Shown one piece after another: positions 7,709 to 17,932 of a stretch of DNA of 58,067 nt; within the stretch, counting starts at the first letter, position 1, and each line of letters starts with the position of its first letter. The stretch comes from a virus (lineage: Duplodnaviria; Caudoviricetes): IMG/VR virus record IMGVR_UViG_3300031452_000007, positions 1 through 58,067 of that record; one strand, 5' to 3'. Under the pieces are notes generated by a model. The model made no database searches and was not told where the DNA came from. It saw only the letters and a list, made by a program, of their open reading frames with translations. A program made the translations under genes and the position numbers.

Positions 7709-8857
7709 TTACGCGTACGGTCCGGCCGCGAGCACGGTCAGCCCTTGCGCGCCGGCGCTCAGGTTGTTCGCGGGCGACGACCCGCTTGTGTCAAGGAGTT
7801 GGGTCTGCGCGCCGATACCGTCCCGCCCCATCAGGTCGATGGTGTCGCCCGCGATATCCGCGCTCGACACGGGGAGATACGTGGGCGATGTGAAGGGCGT
7901 ATTGGCCTCCATGCGGAACTTACTCATGACCCACCCGCTCGCATTGGGCCACGCCAGGTACGCGCTGGACGAGGACACGCCCACTGCGACGACGCTGGTG
8001 TAGGCGACATAGTAGTTGCTCACAGCGATCTCGCCGTTGCCCATGATGGTCCCGCCCGGACCCGTCACCTGGCAGGCGGGGTTGCCAGGCGTGTTGCCGG
8101 TCTTGTCCATGCCCACCGCCAGCCAGTACCAGGTGTTAGGCAGGAGGATGTTGGGCTGCACGGCCGCGACCGACCCGGCCCCCAGACTCGTGATGCTCAA
8201 CTCCATCGTCACGGCGAGGGTCGTGCCCAGTTTCACGCGCAGAAAGCCATTCGCGCCCGTGTTGAAGTCGAGCAGGGTCATGTCTCCCGTTGGGGCGCTG
8301 GGGAACTTAAAGAAAACGCCGGCGGCCAGACCGTGCCTATCGACGTTATTGGTGCCGTAGCTGATGGCGATCCCTGACACGCTGCCTCCTCCTTGCCAAC
8401 TCCGTGTATCGAACGCGCCCAGGCTGGCCCCGCCGAGCCATGATCCGCCCGGCGGTGGCAACACCACGCCGCCCGTATTCTGATAATAGTGCCAGTGCTG
8501 CAAAAAACAGATATCCAGCGGGATGACGTACCCCTGCTGCGCGTAAAAGTTGTACGCCCCCTCGGTTGCCACCTGCAACGGCGCCACGCCCCCGTAGGCG
8601 GGCGTGATGAACGTGACGTAGCGCGCCAGCCGCGCGTCCACCGTCGTCACCGCCGGACTGGAACCATAGACGACGGCCGCTTGTAGGCCGGGTACGGTAT
8701 CGGTGTAGGTCGGGCCGCCGGTGGTGACCTGGTAGGTCACGGTGGCGTCGCGCACCCGCAGGAATTGGGCGGCGCTCTCCGGCCCCACGCGCACCAGGTT
8801 GCCCGTATCCTCGATGATGTGCCCGGACAGGGCGAAACTCTGCACGATAGCAGTCAT
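7709..8857 (-). CDS. putative tail/receptor-binding protein
   Basis: Last gene of the tail operon; beta-rich, LamG/ConA-like segment NTWYWLAVG. Confidence 0.6.
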   Translation of the reverse strand: MTAIVQSFALSGHIIEDTGNLVRVGPESAAQFLRVRDATVTYQVTTGGPTYTDTVPGLQAAVVYGSSPAVTTVDARLARYVTFITPAYGGVAPLQVATEGAYNFYAQQGYVIPLDICFLQHWHYYQNTGGVVLPPPGGSWLGGASLGAFDTRSWQGGGSVSGIAISYGTNNVDRHGLAAGVFFKFPSAPTGDMTLLDFNTGANGFLRVKLGTTLAVTMELSITSLGAGSVAAVQPNILLPNTWYWLAVGMDKTGNTPGNPACQVTGPGGTIMGNGEIAVSNYYVAYTSVVAVGVSSSSAYLAWPNASGWVMSKFRMEANTPFTSPTYLPVSSADIAGDTIDLMGRDGIGAQTQLLDTSGSSPANNLSAGAQGLTVLAAGPYA

Positions 8858-8861
8858 ACGC

Positions 8862-11800
8862 CTACCCTTTCGCGCCGAATGAGTTGAGTGATTTAATTTG
8901 GTCTTGTAACCCTGCTGCTATATCAGCCGGCGACGTCTTGTCCTTCCTGAGCACCGTCGAGAGCGTGAGGTCGGCGTAGGCCAAACTACCGCCGCTCTCA
9001 TCAAGCGTGATCGTCGCCTCGATGACCCACCACAGCGCGTTGACCATGTGGACCACCTGTGTTCCCACGATCGAGGAGCCATCGGCCGATAGCTGATTGA
9101 TCGTGTCCTGGAGGTTGACGGGGAGCAGCATACCCGGCCGCACCGCCCACAGCGCGCTCTCCTGGCGCGTCAGGGGACAGCGCACCTTCAGGGTACGCGC
9201 CGGCACGCTGTTTTCGGAGAGCCAGCGGCGGGCCACGCGGGCCACGTCGCCCGAGGCGCGCAAGGGTGTCACGGCCGTATTGGTCTGTAGGTCGGAGAGG
9301 CCGGAGGCCAGGGCGGCGTCGGTTGACGCGTCCGGGTTGACTAAACGGACCTGCCAGTCAAGGCAATCGTCGAGTGTGCGTTGCCAGTACCAGTCGGCCG
9401 GCAGGTCCTGGTTCGCTCCGGCGGCCTGGATGTGTGTGTTGGCGGGGTTGCCGATGGGCGACGACGCCATCGGGCCGATGGTGATCACGGCGTTGCTCGG
9501 TAAATCGCCCGACGCTCGCCGCGCCAGGTCCGCGAACCACACGCCCAGCGAGACTTCCTCCTTCGTCAGATCGCGCCAGTAGCGCGCGTCCGATGAGGAG
9601 TAGAAAAACTGCTTAGGGTTGTAGGCGAAGAAGCGCGTGTCAAGCACACCCTGGAGCGCCTGGTACTGCCCGGCCGCGACGCCCGCGATGGACACGCCCG
9701 CCAATCCATTGAGCCCACACGCGCTCTTCCAGCCCGTACCCGCAAGCGTGGCGCTCCAGTAGAGGCCCTGGCTGGTCGAGACGAACACGGAGGTATACTG
9801 GCCGCCGACGGTGACACCCAGGCCCACCGCGCCATTGATCGTTGGCTCCGCGCCCCCCGCCGCCCCCGCGAGCGAGCCATCGGCGTCGGCGGGGGCGAAC
9901 GGCCCCCACGTCGTACCGTTGCGCACCAGCATGTACGTCGATTGCGCATCGCCTTTGGTCATGGCCCACACCGAGTCCTGTGGGGGATGGGAGCCATCGC
10001 CCGCGGTGATCACGCGATCCAGCGCGAAGGCGCGCACGCCGGCGGGCAAGGCGTAGGGCGTCATCGGCGCGGACGAAGCGCCGCCCAGGCCGATCTGATG
10101 GATACGGCCCTGGTCGTTGTCTAGTAAGACCCAGGCGGTCTGATAGTCCGTCATGACAAACGATTGGACGTGCGCGCCGACCACGGCGGGCGTCCACGCG
10201 TCGTAGCCGGCGCCGGTGAGGCCGGGGCTGGCGGCCACGTAGCTGTAGATTCCGTGCAGGTTGGCGTCTTTCGGCGCGGCCTGCGCGAACAGGTGGACGG
10301 TCCCGGCGTTGTCGCGCTGCACCGAGAGGCGTGTGATGCGCGCGTGCAGTGTCCCCACCGGCGTCCAGTTATGCGCGGCTCGCACGTCGGCCGACCGGGA
10401 GAGCACGCCATCGGCGGTCCCGATGTAGATGGTAGACCCCGTGGGAGCGGTATCGACGTAGAGGCTGTAGACCGGACCGGCGCCGGTGAGCAAGGGCCGG
10501 AGCAAACCATCATTGTTGAAGAACGCCACGCCGCCCGTCTTATCGCCCGTCTGGTAGCTGATGATGGGGAGGCACGTTGTGTAGTCGGTGCGGTCCCCGC
10601 TGCCAATAGGGTTGAGCAGGCCCAATCCGGTGATCGTCGCGCCGTCGGGGAGCCCCGCGTTGCTCTTGCCGCCGGTGAAGAGGACCTGGCCGTAGGTGTC
10701 CGCGCTGTTGGTCTCAATACTGGACTCGACGATGCGCGCCATGACGGTCTCGTCCACGGCGCCGGAGCCGTTGCCATCGAGCGTGAAGCCGGAGGCCGGA
10801 GAGCCGCCGATGGTCCCGACGACGACGCCGTTGCCGGCCGAGGAGAGGCTGGCCGCGTCCTCGTAGGAGTGACCACGATAGCCGATGGGGTAGGCGTCCC
10901 CCGCGATGTAGTCGCCAGCCATGCGCTTGGTCGCCGCCTCCAGCGCGCGCAGCGTCGTGTCGCCCCTGGTCTCCAGGTTGGTCGAGATCCCCGCGATCGA
11001 GCTATCGACGGCCGGCGTGACGGCGAGCAGCGCCTTGCCCGCCCAGGCGGGCAGCCCCGGTGGCCGGCTGAACAGCCCGCCCAGGTAGGGGATCGCGCCC
11101 GACGGCGAGAGGAAGCCGGCGGTCCCCGACGCGACGGGCACGATGTACCCCGTTTGCGTCGCGCCCTGGCTACTGAGCACGTCAGCGAGCCGACAGCCGG
11201 GGTAGTAGGCGTGCGCGACGACGACGCCCGCGTAGCCGGCTAAGGGGCCTTCGCCGGTGATGTCGATGACCGGCGCACCGTCCTTGTAGCTCCTGGTAAC
11301 GGCCGTCACGCGCAGCCGCACGGCGATGACGCCGCCAGGGCCGGACACGCCGGCCTCGACGGTGGTGGGCACAGGCGCGGTCCCGTCGTCGGTTCCCGCT
11401 GCTTGCAGCGCCGCCTGGCCGAAACTCGTGCCGGTCGTCGCCGTGGCGGCGCCAGGGTCGGAGGCCGGGACGGAAAGCGTCCCGGTGAGCGGCGCGTCCA
11501 GCCCGATGGTGCGGCTGAAGCCGGCCAGGTGTGTCGTCGTGGCGACGACGGCGCCCGAACGGATGTCGATGAGGCGCGCGTAGGGCTGGAACGCGCCGAC
11601 GGGGAGTTGACCCACGCCTGAGACGGGGATCGCTGTCGTGGGGCCATCGCTGGCGTTGTCGGTGATCGTCAGCGTGGCGGGGCGTGAGCCGGCCTGGGCG
11701 GGGGTGAAGACGACGGTCAGCGCCGCCGCCCCGCCGGCCGCGATGGTTCCGCTCCCCGCCGTGGAGATGGTGTAGTCGGACGCGGCCAAACCGGAGAATG

Positions 11801-12302
11801 CCGTGCTATAGGTCAGCGGCTCGCCGCCGGTGTTGGACAGGGTCAGCGTCAGGGTGGATGTGGCGGGCAGCCGTGTGGCCGGGAACGCGAGCGACGCCGG
11901 GACAATGGTGAGGTAGGCCGGGGCAACGCCCGTGGCCGCGAGTGGGACGGCCGTGGGCGTGTTGTCCCCATTATGCGCGATGGAGAGCGTGGCCGACCGC
12001 GCGCCCGTCGCCGCCGGCGTGCAATGGATCGTCAGGGTCGCGCTGGCCCCGGCGGCGATGCTGGCCGGCAGGGCTCCGCGTGAGAAGTCGGCCGCGTTGG
12101 TCCCGGCGATGGTCACGCCGAAGAGGGCGAGCGCCGCCGTCCCTGTGTTGGAGAGGATGAGCATCTGGTCGGGCGCGGCCGTGCCGGTCTGTGTCGCCGC
12201 GAACGTCACCGCCGCGGGCGAGACCGTGAGATGCCCGATAGACGCGGGCGCCGCGCCGGATGCGGCCCGCTCCGTGGTGAGCAGGAGCAGCAGGGAGGAC
12301 AT
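8862..12302 (-). CDS. large tail tip protein with two N-terminal ASH/choice-of-anchor-D Ig-like domains and a probable beta-propeller
   Basis: Two LxNTG...F/CTP...G.R.ATL.I repeats; YIGTADGV and FVSTSQGLYWS propeller-like motifs; position after the distal tail gene. Confidence 0.75.
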   Translation of the reverse strand: MSSLLLLLTTERAASGAAPASIGHLTVSPAAVTFAATQTGTAAPDQMLILSNTGTAALALFGVTIAGTNAADFSRGALPASIAAGASATLTIHCTPAATGARSATLSIAHNGDNTPTAVPLAATGVAPAYLTIVPASLAFPATRLPATSTLTLTLSNTGGEPLTYSTAFSGLAASDYTISTAGSGTIAAGGAAALTVVFTPAQAGSRPATLTITDNASDGPTTAIPVSGVGQLPVGAFQPYARLIDIRSGAVVATTTHLAGFSRTIGLDAPLTGTLSVPASDPGAATATTGTSFGQAALQAAGTDDGTAPVPTTVEAGVSGPGGVIAVRLRVTAVTRSYKDGAPVIDITGEGPLAGYAGVVVAHAYYPGCRLADVLSSQGATQTGYIVPVASGTAGFLSPSGAIPYLGGLFSRPPGLPAWAGKALLAVTPAVDSSIAGISTNLETRGDTTLRALEAATKRMAGDYIAGDAYPIGYRGHSYEDAASLSSAGNGVVVGTIGGSPASGFTLDGNGSGAVDETVMARIVESSIETNSADTYGQVLFTGGKSNAGLPDGATITGLGLLNPIGSGDRTDYTTCLPIISYQTGDKTGGVAFFNNDGLLRPLLTGAGPVYSLYVDTAPTGSTIYIGTADGVLSRSADVRAAHNWTPVGTLHARITRLSVQRDNAGTVHLFAQAAPKDANLHGIYSYVAASPGLTGAGYDAWTPAVVGAHVQSFVMTDYQTAWVLLDNDQGRIHQIGLGGASSAPMTPYALPAGVRAFALDRVITAGDGSHPPQDSVWAMTKGDAQSTYMLVRNGTTWGPFAPADADGSLAGAAGGAEPTINGAVGLGVTVGGQYTSVFVSTSQGLYWSATLAGTGWKSACGLNGLAGVSIAGVAAGQYQALQGVLDTRFFAYNPKQFFYSSSDARYWRDLTKEEVSLGVWFADLARRASGDLPSNAVITIGPMASSPIGNPANTHIQAAGANQDLPADWYWQRTLDDCLDWQVRLVNPDASTDAALASGLSDLQTNTAVTPLRASGDVARVARRWLSENSVPARTLKVRCPLTRQESALWAVRPGMLLPVNLQDTINQLSADGSSIVGTQVVHMVNALWWVIEATITLDESGGSLAYADLTLSTVLRKDKTSPADIAAGLQDQIKSLNSFGAKG

Positions 12303-12308
12303 AGGCGG

Positions 12309-13265
12309 CTACGTCGCGCTTGCCGCGAACATCCACAACTGGTGGGTGTCGCTGTAGAACGTCGCGCCAGCAGCGGTCGTGTTCTGAATCGTCATCACAT
12401 AGTGTCCGTCGGTCGGACTGTCATCAAACAGGGTGTCCCTCCACTGCTGCTGATGCCCCGCCACGCTATCGCCGCCGGGATCGCCCAGCGTGAGAGAGGC
12501 CAGCAGCACGCCCGTCACGTTGGTCCGGCGCAGGCGCAGGGCACAGCCTTTGACGATGCCGCTATGGCTCTGCGATATCCACACGTTCCAGTTGAGGGGG
12601 ATGGGCGCGCCTGCGGCTACCCCGGCGAGGGTCACATCTAGCCCGGTGATGATGGTCTCGGTCGTGTCGGCGCCAACCTGGATGACGCCACTGGCCGCGT
12701 TGGTGTTGTGCGCGAGGAGGAAGCCAGCGCCGGGCGCGGTCAACGGGTCCACGCCGAACAGCGTGGCGACGGTCCCGGCGGCGAACGTCGCCGGTCCCGA
12801 CGCGCCTGCCGTCAGGTGGATCGACGTAATGGCCGCTTTGCTATTCCAGTCGCCCCCGGCGTCCAAGGTGATCTTCGAACCCGCCGGCGTGGGTGCGCCG
12901 CTCGCGTACGTCGTCGCGCGATAAACTTTGTCAAACGTCGTGTCGGCGTAGCGGGGAATGGTGGCCTCGATGAGGCCCGCCGAGGCCACGCCGCCCTCAC
13001 CGAGCCAGCCGAGGTGACCGTAGGCGGCGCCCGCGCTCTGCCCCGCGCTGACCGCGCCGCTGCCCGGATTGTAGATGAAGACGTCTCCATAGTTGGCGGC
13101 CGTGTCGCCATTGAATTGGACATGGATCTCCTCCCACGTCGTGCTGGCCGTCGTCGTTTGCCCCGTGACAATGAGCAGCAGGTGCTTATAGGTCGCCGGG
13201 ATAGCCGTAAAGTCGATGGTCGCCTGCCCGCCGGTCGGGACGGTGATCTCCGCGATTTTGCCCAT
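12309..13265 (-). CDS. minor tail protein
   Basis: TIDFTAIPATYKHL...WNSKAAITSI segment seen in phage virion proteins; tail operon position. Confidence 0.6.
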   Translation of the reverse strand: MGKIAEITVPTGGQATIDFTAIPATYKHLLLIVTGQTTTASTTWEEIHVQFNGDTAANYGDVFIYNPGSGAVSAGQSAGAAYGHLGWLGEGGVASAGLIEATIPRYADTTFDKVYRATTYASGAPTPAGSKITLDAGGDWNSKAAITSIHLTAGASGPATFAAGTVATLFGVDPLTAPGAGFLLAHNTNAASGVIQVGADTTETIITGLDVTLAGVAAGAPIPLNWNVWISQSHSGIVKGCALRLRRTNVTGVLLASLTLGDPGGDSVAGHQQQWRDTLFDDSPTDGHYVMTIQNTTAAGATFYSDTHQLWMFAASAT

Positions 13266-13290
13266 AGTCTGGTTTTTCCTCTCCGTTTCT

Positions 13291-14259
13291 TTAACCGAAT
13301 GATGACAACAGACTGAGCGTCAACGGAAGCGTCACGCTGTGCGTATTCACGCCTGGTTTCAGCGCTAGCTCGGGCTTGGTCAGCCGCGCCGTGGCCTGCA
13401 TCGTCGTCGCGTTGTCGGCCCGCCTGACCACCAGGGCACCCTGCGGCGTCGCAGCCAGCCCCGACAGGATCGTATTGAGCTGACTCTCGACGCTGGTGTA
13501 GGCCGCGCGGCCGTACAGTCCGGGCGTGGCGTCGATGCTCGTTTCCCACGTCGCCGTCGGCGTTTTCAGGGGGCACGCGCTGACCCCGCGCAGGTCGAAC
13601 GGGTAGCGGCCGGCCTCCGCTGAGGCGCCGGCCCGCACGTTGTACTGGCCCTGCCACTCCCACGTCATGCTTTTGACCGAGAGCCCATCGCCCCCCAGCG
13701 TGACGCCGGCGTGCGACACGATGCGCCCGAACGGCACGACCACGGACGCGGGCGTTGAGGCCGGCAGCACAGGGACTCCTGAGAGGGCCGTGAAGTCCGA
13801 GAGCAGTGTCCACGTCAACGGCAACAGGTAATGGTAGGTGTGCTGGCCGGGCAGCAGCGCCAGTTCGACCTTGGCGATCCTGGCCCAGGCCCCGGCGTAG
13901 CTGGCCCCATCGGCGCGCAAGACGACGAGCTGGCCGACCTGCCCGCTGACCTGCCCGCCCGCGTAGGTGTACGTGCCCTGGAGCGCTGAGAGGATAGCGC
14001 CGAATTGCGCCTCGACGTCGCTGTAGGCTGCCAGCCCCGTTTTGCCAGCTCCCGCCTTTAAGAGGACGGACGTGCTAAACGAGCTATCTTTGAGCGGGCC
14101 GGGTTGTCCCGCGCGGAGGTCGAACGGGTACGACGTCGAGGGGATCAGCGCCGTGTCGGCGGCCTGCTCCAGGCCGATCGCGGACAGGGGTGTCCCCCGG
14201 CCACTAAACGCGAGCGCGCCAAAGCTCACGACACGATCAAGGCCGAGTGTGAGCGCCAT
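13291..14259 (-). CDS. distal tail-like protein with an internal tandem duplication
   Basis: Directly after the tape measure gene; two repeats each with YPFDLR, PLK, AAY, LVV.RAD and LPLT. Confidence 0.6.
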   Translation of the reverse strand: MALTLGLDRVVSFGALAFSGRGTPLSAIGLEQAADTALIPSTSYPFDLRAGQPGPLKDSSFSTSVLLKAGAGKTGLAAYSDVEAQFGAILSALQGTYTYAGGQVSGQVGQLVVLRADGASYAGAWARIAKVELALLPGQHTYHYLLPLTWTLLSDFTALSGVPVLPASTPASVVVPFGRIVSHAGVTLGGDGLSVKSMTWEWQGQYNVRAGASAEAGRYPFDLRGVSACPLKTPTATWETSIDATPGLYGRAAYTSVESQLNTILSGLAATPQGALVVRRADNATTMQATARLTKPELALKPGVNTHSVTLPLTLSLLSSFG

Positions 14260-17200
14260 TTAGCGCACCGCCGTGGCGAGGCCCTGCACGCGCAGGGGGT
14301 TGCCGATGCCGGCGCCGGGGAGGGCGCGGCTACCACGCGCGATGGCGTCGCGCACGGAGAGGGTCGCGGTGACGCCCTCCTCGGCGACGGAGAGCAGCGC
14401 GGTGAGGGCCGCGTTCTGCTGTGTGAGCTGCTGTACCTGCGCGTCCAGCTTCTCGATCATTTGCTGGGCCGGGTCCTTGCCGACGCGGCCGCCGAAGGTC
14501 ACCAGGGTTTCACCGAGGCCGACGCCCTGACCGACCTGCTGGCGGCTGGTGTAGCCGTAGACGGAGCGGTGGAAGCCGGAGCCCATCGGATGAGCCGTGA
14601 GCTTCTTGAGGCCAGTCAACAATCCATTGGCGAGCGTGGCGCGGTCCTGGACCGCCTGGCGCCGATCCGCTGCCAGGGCCTGCGGATACCGGGCCGTGAG
14701 ATTGGCCAGATCCGCCGTGTAGTATTTGGCCAGGTCGGACAGCTCGCCTGTCGTGTTGCCGGCCGTCTTGTCCAGGCCAAACTGCTTTTTCCAGTACGCC
14801 GCCTGGTCGGGCGCGGCCGCCTTGTGCGTCTTCTTCATCGCCGCGTCGAGCACGGAGAGCTTATTGTTGGAGAAGGCCCGCGCGTCCTGTGCTGCCTGGC
14901 TTTTGCTGATACCGTGCTGTACCTCAATGGCCTGCTTGATCGAGGTCATCGCGGCGATCACCTGGCGCGCGGCGGCGAAGTTCCGGTCCCTCATGTCCTG
15001 CTGGAGTGTCATAGTATCGCGGTAGTAGAGCGCGCCCAGGTCGGTGGTCCGCTGGTGGAACTGTTTGGTTTGCGCCGTTTTGGCCTTAGCACCAGCCTTT
15101 ACCTCGGCATGGTGAGCGGTCAGCTTGTTAGCAGTGTTCACGTCGTTGCGTAGCCGCGCGGTCGTGTCCGTCAGGCGGCCGGCGTGCTCAACCTTGCCGA
15201 TAGCGGCAATGTCCGACAGGATCTTCGTCTGTGAGATAAGACCGGCCCGATACAGCTTCATATCGTCGCTGTACGTGTTCATGGCCGTGGTCAGGTCGGT
15301 GTTGTAGTTGTGGCCGCCGACGATGCCTTTCTTGGGCTTACCCGGAGGGTGTAAGAGGTCCCACGCGCGTTGTTGCGCGGCCGTCAATCCGTGATGACCG
15401 TGCCCCGCCTGGGGTGTGCCGCCGTGGTTGTAGGCCGCGCCAAACCGTGCCGCGATCAGCCCGCGTCCAGGGCCAACGAACGGAACACCAGCCGCGCCAT
15501 GATGTCCACTGGCGCCATGATGCGCGGGGCCGTGATGCCCGCCGCTGGTCGTGGGGGGTGTCACTCCAGCGGCGGTATAGGCGGCCCCAATGACGGCCTT
15601 GACGCCAGGGATCGAGGAGACCATGTGCAACAGGTTGCCGAAGAAGCCGATCAGGCCCTTGATCTTGTCGGTGACCCAGGAGATCGCCGCGCCCAGCACG
15701 TTCTTGAGCGCGCCGGCGACGGTCCCCAGTCCGGGCGCGAACACCGAGGAGAGGAACGTCCACGCCTTGTTTACGGCGTCGTGGAACCACCCGACGTTTT
15801 TGTACGCCCACACCACACCAATGACGAGCGCCGCCACGGCCGCGATGACGAGACCGATGGGGTTGGCGTAGAGCGCCGCGTTCAAGAGCCACTGCGCGCC
15901 TGTCCAGAGCGCCGTGGCCGCACGCACAGCCAGCCCCGCCACGGCCTGTGCTGTCATGGCCGCGACGCCTTTCCAGCCGGCGATGCCGACGGCTAACACA
16001 GCGATGCGTGATGCCTCCAGCGCCGTGGTCCATAGCCAGGTAGCGGCGGTCGTCGCGATGGTAATGACGCGCTGAGACACATACCACGCCTGCAACTCGA
16101 TGGTCGCGATTTTGTTACCGATCGTCGCCGCCGTCGAGCCTATCACACCCAGGCGCAGGGCGACATAGGCCAGGGACAGGGCCTCATTGGCCGCTGTGTA
16201 GGCAGTCGTGACAACGGTCGCCGCGATGACCGCGCCACGCCATAGCAGCATGGCGCCCTGAGCGAGCAACACGGCGCCGCGCCAGGCCAGCGCGGCGGCA
16301 CGACCAGCCACGAGCGCGGCTTGCACACCGACCTCCGCGACGCGCCAGGCGATCATACCCACCTTGATTGCCACGATGGCGGGGATCAGCAGCGCCAAGC
16401 CCGCGCCCAGTTGAGTTGCCCCTTTACGCGTGGTCCCCAGGTGCGTCGTCACCCCAAGCAGCGGCGCGACCAGCCCTTTCAAGCCAGAGGCCAGGCGGGT
16501 CATCGCGCCCACGGCGGCGACGAACGCACGCCCCACCGCCAGGCCGTCGGTCACGAGCACCGTCAAGCGCGGCATGAGCGCGGCCACGGCCTGGGGCAGA
16601 CGCGCGCCCAGCCACGTCGCCGCCTGGGTGACGTAGGGCAGCAGCTTGGTCCCGAGTGAGATCCCGAGCAACTCGACGGTATTGCGGAGTTGCCCCAGGG
16701 TGAAACCGAGCGTCTTGGTGGTGCGCGCGAAAGCATCGACGGTGGGCGTTGTCTTGCCGGCCATCGTCGTCTGCAAGCTGCCCAGGATGGAGGTGTAATC
16801 CTGCGTGCCGCTGCCGGTCAACACCTGCGCGCCCAACCCGCCAACTTTCGCCGGCATGATCTTGAACAACTCGGAGGCGTCCACCTGCCCCTTCTTATTC
16901 GTGATGGCCGCGCGTAGATCGGCGATGATACCCGTGAGTCCGCGCGTGCGCAGGCCCTGGGCGCTGAAGTCGCCAAGCAGGTTAATCCCTGTCGCGAGTT
17001 GGAGCTTGGCCAACTCCGTCCGGGCAGATTTGACGGGGTTGACGATGTGCGAGAGCATGCTCGTCATCGATGTCGCGGCCGTGGGCACGTCCTGCCCGTG
17101 GCGCGTCAAAGCGCTGATCGCCGCCGCCACCTGTGTGATCGGCACACCCAGGTTAGCGGCCATAGCAATCGCCTTGCCGCCACCCTCGGCGAACTGCTCC

Positions 17201-17700
17201 AGCGTCGCGTTGCCCTGCGCCGCCGCCAGGTGCAGCACGTCCATGTAGCGCGCGGCCTGGTTCGTGTTGGCCCCGTACTCGTGCATGGCGTTGGCGAGCA
17301 CGTTGGCGACGTCGGCGGTGTTGCCGCCGGTCGAGACCGCGCTCTGCTGCGCCGCGTTGAGGATGGTCTGGGCCTGCGCCGCGCTGAAGCCCAGGTTGGT
17401 GATGTGCATCCACCCCTGGGCGAGTTGGTCAAGCGGCGCCGACGTCTTGGCGGCCATGGCCTGGATCGCCGTACTCATCTGAGCGGCGCCGGCCGCGCCC
17501 ATCGTCGTGTTATTGGCGACCTGATTGACGAGCGTCTGGTAGCTGGCCGCCGCCTTGACCGCGCCGACGACGAGGCCGCCCATGGCCGCCGCGCCAACGG
17601 CGGCGAAGGTGCGCAGGCCGACCGACGCGCCCAGGAAACCGGGACCGGTCAGATCCTTCGCATGGATAGCGAGAAACAGGTTCGACGTGAAGTCTGCCAT
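14260..17700 (-). CDS. tail tape measure protein (TP901-like)
   Basis: 1146 aa, Ala-rich helical; QWLLNAALYANPIGLVIAAVAAL motif. Confidence 0.9.
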   Translation of the reverse strand: MADFTSNLFLAIHAKDLTGPGFLGASVGLRTFAAVGAAAMGGLVVGAVKAAASYQTLVNQVANNTTMGAAGAAQMSTAIQAMAAKTSAPLDQLAQGWMHITNLGFSAAQAQTILNAAQQSAVSTGGNTADVANVLANAMHEYGANTNQAARYMDVLHLAAAQGNATLEQFAEGGGKAIAMAANLGVPITQVAAAISALTRHGQDVPTAATSMTSMLSHIVNPVKSARTELAKLQLATGINLLGDFSAQGLRTRGLTGIIADLRAAITNKKGQVDASELFKIMPAKVGGLGAQVLTGSGTQDYTSILGSLQTTMAGKTTPTVDAFARTTKTLGFTLGQLRNTVELLGISLGTKLLPYVTQAATWLGARLPQAVAALMPRLTVLVTDGLAVGRAFVAAVGAMTRLASGLKGLVAPLLGVTTHLGTTRKGATQLGAGLALLIPAIVAIKVGMIAWRVAEVGVQAALVAGRAAALAWRGAVLLAQGAMLLWRGAVIAATVVTTAYTAANEALSLAYVALRLGVIGSTAATIGNKIATIELQAWYVSQRVITIATTAATWLWTTALEASRIAVLAVGIAGWKGVAAMTAQAVAGLAVRAATALWTGAQWLLNAALYANPIGLVIAAVAALVIGVVWAYKNVGWFHDAVNKAWTFLSSVFAPGLGTVAGALKNVLGAAISWVTDKIKGLIGFFGNLLHMVSSIPGVKAVIGAAYTAAGVTPPTTSGGHHGPAHHGASGHHGAAGVPFVGPGRGLIAARFGAAYNHGGTPQAGHGHHGLTAAQQRAWDLLHPPGKPKKGIVGGHNYNTDLTTAMNTYSDDMKLYRAGLISQTKILSDIAAIGKVEHAGRLTDTTARLRNDVNTANKLTAHHAEVKAGAKAKTAQTKQFHQRTTDLGALYYRDTMTLQQDMRDRNFAAARQVIAAMTSIKQAIEVQHGISKSQAAQDARAFSNNKLSVLDAAMKKTHKAAAPDQAAYWKKQFGLDKTAGNTTGELSDLAKYYTADLANLTARYPQALAADRRQAVQDRATLANGLLTGLKKLTAHPMGSGFHRSVYGYTSRQQVGQGVGLGETLVTFGGRVGKDPAQQMIEKLDAQVQQLTQQNAALTALLSVAEEGVTATLSVRDAIARGSRALPGAGIGNPLRVQGLATAVR

Positions 17701-17740
17701 ATGTGTCGCCCCCTATCCTCTCTACCTCTGCTGTTTGGTG

Positions 17741-17932
17741 TTAGCCCGCGCGCTGGCTCTCGCGGTAGCGCTCGCTCATGGTCCAGTAGGCGGCCATATC
17801 CGCCAGGCGTCCGGCCGGCTGGGCGTCGATGTATTCGAGCGTCCAGCCGGACATCTTCACGATCTCGCACGTCTGGGCCAGATCCAGCACGCGCGGATCG
17901 ACCCTATGCAGGAACTTCCCCTTGACGGTCAT
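17741..17932 (-). CDS. tail assembly chaperone, downstream (T) part
   Basis: Overlaps the upstream chaperone, immediately before the tape measure; GWTLEYID motif. Confidence 0.6.
   Translation of the reverse strand: MTVKGKFLHRVDPRVLDLAQTCEIVKMSGWTLEYIDAQPAGRLADMAAYWTMSERYRESQRAG

Noticed and set aside
7405-11901. Diversity-generating retroelement (template/variable repeat pair in tail genes)
   Set aside because: Mismatches involve all four bases and many are synonymous rather than adenine-specific, and no reverse transcriptase is present in the window.
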